Of a stretch of 28,632 nt of DNA, positions 17,259-26,459 are shown piece after piece. Under the pieces are notes generated by a model. The model saw only the letters and a list, made by a program, of their open reading frames with translations, had not been told where the DNA came from and ran no database searches. The stretch is from Candidatus Thorarchaeota archaeon (GTDB taxonomy: Archaea > Asgardarchaeota > Thorarchaeia > Thorarchaeales > Thorarchaeaceae). Positions within the stretch are counted from its first letter, which is position 1; each line of letters begins with the position of its first letter. Made by a program: the position numbers and the translations under genes. Where the stretch lies: contig JBHLRQ010000015.1 in NCBI GenBank assembly GCA_048882385.1, positions 1 through 28,632 on the forward strand, in the 5' to 3' direction.

Positions 17259-18542
17259 TTACAAGACTAAGCCAAGTAGAATCAGCCAACCTGTAGCGAT
17301 TGCAAGCATGATTAAGGCAAGTGGCGAGGCAATCTTTGCAAAATCTTTCATTGTTATTGGTTTCCCTTCTTTTTCTGCAAAAACAAGAGCAAGTATATTT
17401 GCAGGAGCTCCTATTGGCAGAAGGAACCCACCAACATTAACAGCGAATATTAGAGCCACTGGAAGGATTGGACTCACTAAAGCAAACTCTGCTGCAATTG
17501 GAGCCAAAACAGCAGATACAGGTATGTTATCAATGACTGCAGAAAGAATAGCTGGCACCCATGTCATGAAGAATATACCAAGAATTAGATTTCCTCCAAT
17601 AAGACTGTCAATCCCTACTCCAATTGCATCAATAACGCCTGTGACGTCTAATGCTGCTACAAGGCCAAAGAGCCCAATGAGGAAGAAGATTGTTCCCCAG
17701 TTCACACGTTTGAGAATCTCATCCACCCATTCTCGAGCAAGTATCAAAAGCCCAGAGGCTACTGTGATGGCAATCAGAGCTGGTTGAAGTGGGAGCGGAG
17801 TTAATCCAGGACCTATCGTAAAACCAAGTACTAGGATTAACATTGCAACAATTGAAAGGTAGAAGTCTGTTCTGGATCGAATCATATATTGTGGATTTAT
17901 CAAAAGCATCTGTGAAACAAGATCTTCTTCTGAAGGCTGTAGCTGGTCCTTAAAGACTCGTAGAAGGAATGGAATTGAAACTATAAAGAGAATGATTGAG
18001 AGTGGTAGTAATGTTGCAAACAAGAACCCCGGATCGACACCTGCTTCGTTGGCAATGAGAAGATTGGGCACGGCACCAACAATTGATGAAACTGATGCAA
18101 AGTTACAGGTCACAGCCTCGGAAATCAAGAATGGTTTGAAATCAATATCAAGTGCTTTACAGAGTTCGATTGTCAATGGGCCCATTATTAACATAGTAGA
18201 AGTAGTATCAAAGAACAATGAAATTACAAACACAAACCCAAGTAAAGAAATGAATAACTTCTTTGTATGACCTTGAGTTGGCCTAGTTAAGCTCAATGCT
18301 AGGAATTGAAACATACCTGAGGAGGCTGCTATTGTTACAATGATGAACATTGATGTAACAAAGAGAATTGTTGGCCACTCGATGTGTTCCACAATAACAG
18401 AAAATGTACCCTGTCCAGTGACCCATAGTGCGAACCCGGCAGCCCCCATGCCCAGAAGAGCTGTAGCTGTTCTGTTTACTTTCTCGGATGATATTGCGAT
18501 GTAGGTGACCACAAATATGAGAATGATTATTTCTGCAGCCAA
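17259..18542 (-). CDS. ArsB/NhaD (IT superfamily, SLC13/P-protein-like) permease, paralog 2
   Basis: EKVNRT, IEWPTILF, SSGMFQFLA, VNWGTIFFLIGLF, SAVIDNIP, NVGG..LPIGAPAN. Confidence 0.88.
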   Translation of the reverse strand: MAAEIIILIFVVTYIAISSEKVNRTATALLGMGAAGFALWVTGQGTFSVIVEHIEWPTILFVTSMFIIVTIAASSGMFQFLALSLTRPTQGHTKKLFISLLGFVFVISLFFDTTSTMLIMGPLTIELCKALDIDFKPFLISEAVTCNFASVSSIVGAVPNLLIANEAGVDPGFLFATLLPLSIILFIVSIPFLLRVFKDQLQPSEEDLVSQMLLINPQYMIRSRTDFYLSIVAMLILVLGFTIGPGLTPLPLQPALIAITVASGLLILAREWVDEILKRVNWGTIFFLIGLFGLVAALDVTGVIDAIGVGIDSLIGGNLILGIFFMTWVPAILSAVIDNIPVSAVLAPIAAEFALVSPILPVALIFAVNVGGFLLPIGAPANILALVFAEKEGKPITMKDFAKIASPLALIMLAIATGWLILLGLVL

Positions 18543-18548
18543 TTCTCA

Positions 18549-19940
18549 TCAAATCCCAAATAAAACTTGAAGCAGCACAAGGTATCCACTTCCTATTGCT
18601 AGATGAATAACGCCAAGCAATGTACCAATCTTGACGAATTCTATGAATGGAATAGGATCATGTTGTTCCTCAGATAGTCCAATGGCTACCATATTTGCTG
18701 GAGACCCAAGAGGAGTGAAAATATACCCTCCGATGTTTACCGCAAAAATCAGTGCCAATGGATTTCCAAAAGTTGCAGCAATAGGCGCAAGAACAAGTGA
18801 AACAGGAAGGTTGTCGAGGAATGCTGACAGCATTGCAGGTATCCAGACAAGAAAAACAGTTGCAAATATTGATCCTTCTTCAATGAATCCCGAGATAGCA
18901 CCTCCAAGTGCATCAATCAAGCCCGTTATGTCTAATGCACCAACCAAACCGAAAAGCCCAACCAAGAAGAAAACTGTAGGCCAGCCAATTCTGTTAAGAA
19001 ATTCGTTCGCTCTTTCATGTGCTAGTAGCAGCAAGAAACCAGCTATTAGAAGTGCTACCATCGCAGGAGTCAGTCCTAGAGCTGGACCGAATGCAAAGCC
19101 CACAACAAGACTAATTATAGCTACTGATGAAATGTTGAAGTCCCATCTGTCTTTAATCATAGTTGCGGGATCAATTGAGAAGACTGCATCAGCTCTGTGC
19201 TCTTCAGTATATCCAAATGATGAACTATACCATCTTAGTAAGATTGGTAGACTGACCAGAAATAGAATTATTGAGAGCGGCATAAACGTAACGAATAGGA
19301 AGCCAACATCTAGATTAACATCTGGGTGACTGGCAATAACCAAGTTGGGTACTGCACCTACAATGGATGGAATCGATGAGAAATTACTAACTATCGCCTC
19401 TGAAACTAAGAATGGTTTGAAATCAACCTCGAGTGCTTTGCATATCTCAATTGTGAGAGGTGCAGCGATGAGCATTGTTGAAACGGTATCAAAGAATAGA
19501 CTGATTCCTGACACAAAAATAAGAAAGATAATGAAGAGTTCCTTGTGGTCTCCTTCGCTTCGCGCTGCGATTCGAAGAGCGATGTATTGGAAAAGACCTG
19601 ATGCGGCAGCGACTGAAACTATTACGCTCATCGCGATAATAAAGACAATAGTGTCCCACTCAACATGTTCAATGAGCGTTGCAAAAGTCACTCCACCAGG
19701 AATTTCAAGAGCAAGTGCAACGAATAACACTAAACCCGCTAAAGCTACTCCAAGAAGCGACATTGCAGTCCGATTTACCTTCTCTGTTGAAATTAGAAGA
19801 TATGTTCCGATGAAGATAACAATGACAGCTATTGGCAAATTTCGGTAGCTGATGACTAAGATGAGGGCAATTGTGGTCATTATCGCAATGAAGATAGTTG
19901 CAATGATTTCCCATCCAATCTTCCTCATATCAACAGTCAC
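18549..19940 (-). CDS. ArsB/NhaD (IT superfamily, SLC13/P-protein-like) permease, paralog 1
   Basis: EKVNRT, VEWDTIVF, ASGLFQYIA, IGWPTVFFLVGLF, SAFLDNLP, NIGG..TPLGSPAN. Confidence 0.88.
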   Translation of the reverse strand: MTVDMRKIGWEIIATIFIAIMTTIALILVISYRNLPIAVIVIFIGTYLLISTEKVNRTAMSLLGVALAGLVLFVALALEIPGGVTFATLIEHVEWDTIVFIIAMSVIVSVAAASGLFQYIALRIAARSEGDHKELFIIFLIFVSGISLFFDTVSTMLIAAPLTIEICKALEVDFKPFLVSEAIVSNFSSIPSIVGAVPNLVIASHPDVNLDVGFLFVTFMPLSIILFLVSLPILLRWYSSSFGYTEEHRADAVFSIDPATMIKDRWDFNISSVAIISLVVGFAFGPALGLTPAMVALLIAGFLLLLAHERANEFLNRIGWPTVFFLVGLFGLVGALDITGLIDALGGAISGFIEEGSIFATVFLVWIPAMLSAFLDNLPVSLVLAPIAATFGNPLALIFAVNIGGYIFTPLGSPANMVAIGLSEEQHDPIPFIEFVKIGTLLGVIHLAIGSGYLVLLQVLFGI

Positions 19941-20012
19941 ACCAAATCCTTCAGTTCTAGGAAATAGTCCATGTGAATGATTTGACTACTGTTCCTACTC
20001 ATTAATCTGTCG

Positions 20013-20921
20013 TCAATTTCTTGAAGAAAAGTATGGTAAACCTTCGCACAAATCACCCTTGACAAAGTTGTGTACTTCCACCTGCCCATCATCAAAATTA
20101 ATTTCAGCTACTGCGTTCTTCACAAAACTACTCCTATTTTCTTGACGTGGTCTACAATATCCCATTGGAACAGTGATTGATTTTATCTTACCATTATCAG
20201 CTATATTTCGAACATGACTATGCCCTGATATCGAAAGTCGCACCCTATTATCCGCACTGAGAATCTTTCCTGTGCTCACGGCTCCCATGAACGCGCTATG
20301 AAAATCCCATGGTAGTCTGTCCTTGTAAATCGTCAAATTTTGAAATGGCAGATGATGGGACGCATAGATAACATATCTGACATCTAATGGCAAAGTTTTG
20401 AGATCATACTCTAATTTCTTATTGAATAGTTCTGTGGCCTCGTAGTCAGTGAATCCCCAATCAACTCTGAATATATCATACCAAACTGCTCCTCGATATT
20501 CCTTCTGTTCGTAATTCTCTATTGGGATATCTAATTCTTCACGTCGAAAAGAATAATCGTACCAGCCAATACTACCGACAATGGCAACTTCGTCCTTGAT
20601 ATATGGCGAATCTGGAAGATGTTGGAATCCATTCTGCAAACACAAGTTTCCGATTACGTTAGAGTATTTCTCAAGTGTACCGGGTCCACCTTTCTCCTCA
20701 AACCAAATATCGTGATTCCCTGCCACATAGAGATTGACGCAATTCTTTGCCTTTAGTATGCTAAGTGAATCAGATAATACTGTTAAATCGTCACTAACAT
20801 CACCCACAATAACAAAAACATCAGGTTCAATCTCTTCAATACATTCCCTAATCGAATCTAGAATGGCTCCATCACTTCCATCAGGAATTACATGAATATC
20901 AGAGATTGCTGCGATTTTCAA
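20013..20921 (-). CDS. Metallophosphoesterase (calcineurin-like)
   Basis: ISDIH, GDVSD, AGNHDIW, GWYDYSF, SHHLP, SGHSH. Confidence 0.92.
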   Translation of the reverse strand: MKIAAISDIHVIPDGSDGAILDSIRECIEEIEPDVFVIVGDVSDDLTVLSDSLSILKAKNCVNLYVAGNHDIWFEEKGGPGTLEKYSNVIGNLCLQNGFQHLPDSPYIKDEVAIVGSIGWYDYSFRREELDIPIENYEQKEYRGAVWYDIFRVDWGFTDYEATELFNKKLEYDLKTLPLDVRYVIYASHHLPFQNLTIYKDRLPWDFHSAFMGAVSTGKILSADNRVRLSISGHSHVRNIADNGKIKSITVPMGYCRPRQENRSSFVKNAVAEINFDDGQVEVHNFVKGDLCEGLPYFSSRN

Positions 20922-21048
20922 TCTGATTTCCTCGGCTCAGAAAGGCCAGCTTGAATTCTCTTAAAAGAGATTACTTGACTAGACTAGTTTTGCCTCACCA
21001 AATCCTTGATATTATTGAACCGAAGTCACGAAAAGAGGAGAACGAACG

Positions 21049-22692
21049 ATGACTAACCGAATCATTGCTCAAGCATCAGAAAAAGTTGATCTCTCAAAGG
21101 TCAAGACTGTGTCAGATCAGAGCGAGATTACTGACACATATGCTCTGTATTTAGATGATGAGAGCCATTCTTTTGATGGAAAGGCTGACAAGATCATTTT
21201 TCCATCAACTGAAGCAGAAATCTCCACGATAATGAAACAAGCTTTTACTGATGGAGTTCCAATCACAGTTCAAGGCGGACGTACTGGTCTGACCGGTGCT
21301 GCAGTCCCACTAGGTGGAATTGCTCTAAATCTTGAGAAACTGACTGGTTTCAGCTACATGAAGTACAATGAATCTGAAGACCTCTATTCAATTGCCGCAG
21401 AAGCAGGTATGACCCTTGAAGATTTGGTGGATGCTGTAGTATCAAAGAGGCTTGACAAACTGAAGGGCAAAGGCACTGCTGAGCAACAGAAGGCTTTGGA
21501 TAGATTTCTAGCTGAATCTGAAGATTTCACTTTTCCAGTTGATCCTACAGAAATGAGTGCATGGCTAGGAGGAATTGTTGCTTGCAATGCATCGGGGGCA
21601 CGGACCTTCAAGTATGGAGCAGTACGACCTTGGGTCCGTCGTCTTCGTGTTGTTCTTGCTAATGGCGATATTTTAGATATTGAACGTGGCCTAGTCAACG
21701 CTGAAAATGGAAAGTTTCTCATCGAACTCAGTGATGGTTCTGAAATAGAGGTCAAGGTCCCGTCTTATTCAATGCCAAAGACAAAAAATGCAGCAGGACT
21801 CTATACAGCACCCAATATGGATCTCATTGATCTCTTTGTTGGATCTGAAGGAATTCTTGGTATTATTACAGAGGTGGAGCTCGGTCTCGTAAAACTGGAA
21901 GAGAATATCATGACTGTCATGGCTTTCTTCCCGAGCATTGATGATGCTGTCAATTTTGTGAATGATGTTCGATCGCCTGACTCCCCCATTAAGATGGATT
22001 TCCTCGAATATTTTGGTCCTAATGCAATCAAAATGATCAAGGAGAAGGCTAGTGACGCGGGAATAAAGGTCCCTGCAATGAAAGACGACACAAAGGCAAT
22101 CATATTCTTTGAGTTCTCATTCACTCCAGAGAACATGGAAAATTTGGTCATGGGTCTTGAAGAAATCCTCATGGAGAACAATACTTCTTCTGAGTCAAGC
22201 TGGGCAGGAATGGACCGATCCGAACTTGCTAAGATGAAGACGGTGAGACACTTTGTACCTGAAACTGTCAATGGTATAATTGCTATGAGAAAAGCTGAGT
22301 ATCCAGAGATTCACAAAATTGGCACAGATATGGCTGTACCTGATGAAGTTCTCAAAGAATATCTTGATTATTACATCAAGACTCTAGAAGAACAAGGAAT
22401 GGAGTATGTAATGTGGGGTCATATTGGTGACAATCACATTCATGTCAATATGCTCCCGCGAAACAATGAGGAAGTCCACCAAGGTATGGACAACTACATG
22501 ACATTTGCTAAGAAAGCTATTGAATTAGGTGGTACTGTGGCTGCTGAGCATGGAATTGGTAAACTCAAGAGAGCATTCTTAGAAGCAATGTATGGAGAGA
22601 GCGGTATCAAAGAGATGCAAGCGGTAAAGAAGGCTCTTGATCCGAAGTGGCTGATAAACAGAGAAAATATGATTCCTATACCTGCTGAGTAA
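21049..22692 (+). CDS. FAD-binding oxidoreductase, D-lactate dehydrogenase / glycolate oxidase GlcD family
   Basis: QGGRTGLTGAAVP, FPVDP, GGIVACNASG, KYG, FVGSEGILGIITE, GHIGDNHIH, AEHGIGKLK, LDPKWLIN. Confidence 0.92.
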   Translation: MTNRIIAQASEKVDLSKVKTVSDQSEITDTYALYLDDESHSFDGKADKIIFPSTEAEISTIMKQAFTDGVPITVQGGRTGLTGAAVPLGGIALNLEKLTGFSYMKYNESEDLYSIAAEAGMTLEDLVDAVVSKRLDKLKGKGTAEQQKALDRFLAESEDFTFPVDPTEMSAWLGGIVACNASGARTFKYGAVRPWVRRLRVVLANGDILDIERGLVNAENGKFLIELSDGSEIEVKVPSYSMPKTKNAAGLYTAPNMDLIDLFVGSEGILGIITEVELGLVKLEENIMTVMAFFPSIDDAVNFVNDVRSPDSPIKMDFLEYFGPNAIKMIKEKASDAGIKVPAMKDDTKAIIFFEFSFTPENMENLVMGLEEILMENNTSSESSWAGMDRSELAKMKTVRHFVPETVNGIIAMRKAEYPEIHKIGTDMAVPDEVLKEYLDYYIKTLEEQGMEYVMWGHIGDNHIHVNMLPRNNEEVHQGMDNYMTFAKKAIELGGTVAAEHGIGKLKRAFLEAMYGESGIKEMQAVKKALDPKWLINRENMIPIPAE

Positions 22693-22966
22693 ATCTTACT
22701 TGAGCTTGGACCTCAGCCTCAGTCATTTTGGTGCAGAGGTCCGGTTCCTCTTCACACAGCCTTTTCATATCACGTATCCCAATGGAATACCAATATTCAC
22801 GAAGTGCATCATCACGTTTAAGCGACACCTGGCACTCGCATTTCATGATGGCTTCTCTAATTCCATCAACAAGTTCCTTGATGGTTGATTTTCTTATTCT
22901 TACTCTACCCCAATAGTCGCACATCTTTCCACGACATGGACCCTTGACCATCACGCAATAAGCCAT
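22676..22966 (-). CDS. Small Cys-rich hypothetical protein
   Basis: GAGGT RBS before ATG; C-x6-C-x4-C N-terminus, CEC and C-x5-C; 17-bp convergent overlap with the oxidoreductase. Confidence 0.65.
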   Translation of the reverse strand: MAYCVMVKGPCRGKMCDYWGRVRIRKSTIKELVDGIREAIMKCECQVSLKRDDALREYWYSIGIRDMKRLCEEEPDLCTKMTEAEVQAQVRFTQQV

Positions 22967-23151
22967 GTATTGACCTCGTTTGAATTAGCGCAAGCGAAGT
23001 TCGAGATATCTTAAGGGTTGTCCTGTGGTGTTCATATTGACTGCTTTACAGCTTGGTAGAAAAAAACAAGAAAAATCCAATCGATTAGTCCCTATCCCAT
23101 GCTTGAAATACAGCAACCACTACCTAAACATAATTTCATGGTGACAATAGA

Positions 23152-23496
23152 ATGGATCAGTCAGAGAGTCCTGGACAAATAATTCGTAAGGAAAAAGCAA
23201 CAGTTGAGAAGATGATTCACATCTATTGCGAGAAGAAACACAATTCCTCTAAATCACAAATCTGCAATGCTTGTTATGCCTTACTACAATATTCTCACCA
23301 AAGACTGGACAATTGTCAATTTGGAGAAAATAAACCAACGTGCAGGAAATGCCCCGTTCATTGTTACAGACCTACTATGCGTAACGAAATTCGAAGAGTG
23401 ATGAGGTTCTCTGGTCCTCGATTGATATTTCGTGCTCCAGTTGAATGGATTCGACATAAACTCCATGATAGAGATGAAGCTGAAACTGAAAACTGA
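23152..23496 (+). CDS. ygbA: YgbA / 'nitrous oxide-stimulated promoter' family protein
   Basis: EK.TVEKMIHIYC, CxxC..LLQYS..RL..C.FG..KPTC.KCPVHCY, VMRFSGPR. Confidence 0.88.
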   Translation: MDQSESPGQIIRKEKATVEKMIHIYCEKKHNSSKSQICNACYALLQYSHQRLDNCQFGENKPTCRKCPVHCYRPTMRNEIRRVMRFSGPRLIFRAPVEWIRHKLHDRDEAETEN

Positions 23497-23535
23497 ATTA
23501 ATGTGAGTGTGGGATCCACACTCACAAGTCTGCTT

Positions 23536-24852
23536 TTATAATTTATACACAACTTCCACAAGATGTGCACTGCAGCTGATACAAGGATCATATGCACGTG
23601 CAATCATCTCAAACTGAAGTTCGATATTCTCTGTTTGGTTCTTAGCTAGTAGCTGCTCACCACCAGAACGGATGAATGCCTCAATGTCATCAAGGAACAT
23701 TGCTGTTGGAGTAATGAAATCTGCAGCTATGATTTTGCCATCTTGGATTTCATAGTGATGAATCAAAGTTCCTCGAGGGGCTTCTACAGCACCTGTTCCA
23801 ATACCAGCATCTCTTGTTGGTTGTGCAATCTTTGCATCCTCACTCTCTAGGATTTTATTTACAATATCGATGATAGCCTCAAGAGAATACACTTGCTCTA
23901 TTGCCTGCGCGTGATTATTGAACAGAGGATTTCTAGACCAACGTTCATTGACAAGCCCATCATATGCATCCTTTGCCCGGCCCTTGAATCGTTTTCCAAT
24001 CAAAAGGACTCTTGCGAGTGCACCAACACTGAATGGTCTCTCCTTGTACATACTTCTTTTAGCAAAACTGTGGCCAACAACCCGTTCTTTGATGACACTC
24101 TTGTAGTCTTCAACTGGATACTCCTGACCGTCAGAAGTGATGAAGATATCACCATGGTATCCATATTTGTCGCCAGGAGGTTTACAGCACAAGAACTGAG
24201 TATTTCGTTCCATATGGTCTGGAACCTCAAGGTCTCTTAAGAGATCAATCGTTGCCACAGCAAAGTCGAGAAGCTCAATCGCCTCGTTTCTGACGTCCTC
24301 AAGCATCTCTTTAGAGGGCAGTTTGCTAAACCCTCCAATAACAGGATTCTCTCCATGGATCATTCGACCCCCCATCATTCGCATTATTTTGTTCCCAAAC
24401 TTCTTCATCTGCAATGCTTTTACTACCGTATCACCGTATTTGTCAGCCATTGCTACAGCATGGTCATATCCAAGAAAGTCCGGTAATGCTAAGAAATAGA
24501 TGTGCAGACTATGGCTTTCAATCATTTCTCCATGATGCATCAATTCCCGAAATAGGTGAGTTGTTGTATCGACATTCACGCCGACTGCTTTTTCAAGCCC
24601 TCGAAGGGCTGCATATTTGTGAGAAAGATTACAGATGGCACAGATTCGTGGGACAATGCTTAGGTCTTCCTGAGGTGTCTTGCCAACAACAAGTTCTTCG
24701 AATAGGCGAGGCCCTTCAAGAATTCGGACTTCAACATTGCTGATTTTGTTGTTCTTTATCTCAACTCTAATTCCACCATGACCTTCTACTCTGGCCAATG
24801 GTTCAATTGTAATGTCCTTCTTGTCTGGCATTTTATTTTCCACCATCCTCAA
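23536..24852 (-). CDS. hydA: Group 3b [NiFe]-hydrogenase (sulfhydrogenase) alpha / large subunit
   Basis: ARVEGHG, L1 RICAIC, GRMIHG, EAPRGTLIH, L2 RAYDPCISCSAH plus cleavable tail; true start may be the Met at 24831. Confidence 0.95.
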   Translation of the reverse strand: MRMVENKMPDKKDITIEPLARVEGHGGIRVEIKNNKISNVEVRILEGPRLFEELVVGKTPQEDLSIVPRICAICNLSHKYAALRGLEKAVGVNVDTTTHLFRELMHHGEMIESHSLHIYFLALPDFLGYDHAVAMADKYGDTVVKALQMKKFGNKIMRMMGGRMIHGENPVIGGFSKLPSKEMLEDVRNEAIELLDFAVATIDLLRDLEVPDHMERNTQFLCCKPPGDKYGYHGDIFITSDGQEYPVEDYKSVIKERVVGHSFAKRSMYKERPFSVGALARVLLIGKRFKGRAKDAYDGLVNERWSRNPLFNNHAQAIEQVYSLEAIIDIVNKILESEDAKIAQPTRDAGIGTGAVEAPRGTLIHHYEIQDGKIIAADFITPTAMFLDDIEAFIRSGGEQLLAKNQTENIELQFEMIARAYDPCISCSAHLVEVVYKL

Positions 24853-25609
24853 TGTATTTGATGATTTTACTTCCTCCGAATCCTCTGATTCGCCTCATGA
24901 TCTCATCTTTTGTCATCCCAAAGCTCTCCAACAGTTTGATATGTTGGGTAAAGTTACCATCTGGGTTTGGACCCCAACAACCTACACATGGGACTCCATG
25001 GTTTGGACATGCTGAACCACAACCTCCCAATGTGAGTGGACCTATGCAGAATTTGTTGTCAAGAAGCATACACCGATTCTCATTGAGCTTGCACTCGTGA
25101 CACACTGGATGAGGATAGGGTTCTGGGGAAACTCCATGGATCAGTCTTGAAATCAGAGCGAATGTCTGTGGTTGACTGATGGGACATCCAGGTAGATAGA
25201 AATCTACATCAACAAAGACATCAATTGGTTTGGCTTCGAGTGGTTTAGTCACGAACTTGACGCCCTCTCCGTATACTTTCTTCAACCGTTTCTCATAATT
25301 TCCGTCCCCCGAGAACATGGCTTGGGGACCACCGTTCACTGCGCAGTTGCCTATTGCGACAAGAATTTTGGCTCGTTTTCGGATTTCGAGAAGATGTTCC
25401 TTTTCTTCTTCTGTGCTTACACTGCCTTCTATAAAGGCTACATCAAGCTCCGCTTCAATAGGGTTGCTTGATGCCATTACAAAGGACTGGATATCTACAG
25501 CACCAAACAGATTTAGAATCTCATCCTCGGTGTGAATGATGAGTAGTTGGTCTCCAGCGCAACCTGTGAAACCATAGATGCCAATTTTTGGTTTGTAAAT
25601 TACAGTCAT
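24833..25609 (-). CDS. hydD: Group 3b [NiFe]-hydrogenase delta / small subunit
   Basis: GCAGD, FIEGSV, GNCA..GG, LPGCP, VCHEC, CIGP, GCGSACP, CVGCWG. Confidence 0.93.
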   Translation of the reverse strand: MTVIYKPKIGIYGFTGCAGDQLLIIHTEDEILNLFGAVDIQSFVMASSNPIEAELDVAFIEGSVSTEEEKEHLLEIRKRAKILVAIGNCAVNGGPQAMFSGDGNYEKRLKKVYGEGVKFVTKPLEAKPIDVFVDVDFYLPGCPISQPQTFALISRLIHGVSPEPYPHPVCHECKLNENRCMLLDNKFCIGPLTLGGCGSACPNHGVPCVGCWGPNPDGNFTQHIKLLESFGMTKDEIMRRIRGFGGSKIIKYIEDGGK

Positions 25610-25610
25610 T

Positions 25611-26459
25611 CTAGATCAACTCCCTGAAGTGCAGAGTGTCCCAATAAGTGAACACAGGTCCATCCATGCATGTATAGAGATGTTCAATGGCACAGTGCCC
25701 GCACTTGCCAATACCACACTTCATTCTCCTTTCTAATGAGAGCTGTATCTGGTTCTTTGGTATCTTGAGCTTGAGGAACTCATCTATGACGAACTTGTAC
25801 ATCACAGGCGGTCCTACGACAACAGCTGTAGTTTCTCTCGGGTCTATTTTTGGAAGGTGCCTGAAGAGCTTAGTTACAACTCCGACATCTTCAGTCCATT
25901 TGCTATCTGCTTTGTCTACAGTAAAGAAACATTCAATGTCCTCTCGTTCCTTCAATTGGAAGAACTCTGTCTTGAAGAGAAAATCAGTAGGAGTCCTAGC
26001 TCCATAAAGGAAGAACACACGCTTGAACTGGTCTCTGTTGTCTAATACATAATAGAGGATAGATCGTAGAGGGATAACTCCTAGTCCGCCCGCTACTATA
26101 ATGAGGTCTTTGTCAACCATCTGATCCAGTTTGAATCCATTCCCATACGGTCCACGGATATAGATCACGTCATTATCCTTTTTCTTGAATAACGCCTCTG
26201 TTAGCTTACCAACCTTTCTTACACCCATTTCAAGAATACCTGGCCGACTCGGTGTAGATGAAATTGAGAATGGTGCTTCACCAACTCCAGGAATTGAGAG
26301 CATGATGAACTGACCTGGGTTGTATGTGAACGACATTGCTTTCTTCATGTCGATGTGTCTAATCTGAAAGAACCTGTGGTCTTCTATCAAGTCATAGTGT
26401 CTTACTATTCTTGCAGCCTTCGGTTTAAACGGATTCTGGACATTCTCAACTACAGTCAT
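25611..26459 (-). CDS. hydG: Group 3b hydrogenase gamma subunit (FAD/NAD(P)-binding, [2Fe-2S])
   Basis: PGQFIML..PGVGEAPFSISS, RGPYGNGF, AGGLG, GPPVM, ERRMKCGIGKCGHC, CMDGP. Confidence 0.94.
   Translation of the reverse strand: MTVVENVQNPFKPKAARIVRHYDLIEDHRFFQIRHIDMKKAMSFTYNPGQFIMLSIPGVGEAPFSISSTPSRPGILEMGVRKVGKLTEALFKKKDNDVIYIRGPYGNGFKLDQMVDKDLIIVAGGLGVIPLRSILYYVLDNRDQFKRVFFLYGARTPTDFLFKTEFFQLKEREDIECFFTVDKADSKWTEDVGVVTKLFRHLPKIDPRETTAVVVGPPVMYKFVIDEFLKLKIPKNQIQLSLERRMKCGIGKCGHCAIEHLYTCMDGPVFTYWDTLHFRELI

Noticed and set aside
17191-17787. 198-aa + strand ORF
   Set aside because: Antisense shadow of the permease; no RBS or recognisable domain
18631-19848. Long + strand ORFs (232 aa and 167 aa)
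   Set aside because: Antisense to a hydrophobic membrane-protein gene, a typical stop-poor shadow frame
23536-25609. Selenocysteine-containing ([NiFeSe]) hydrogenase
   Set aside because: L2 motif is DPCISC with ordinary Cys codons; no in-frame TGA
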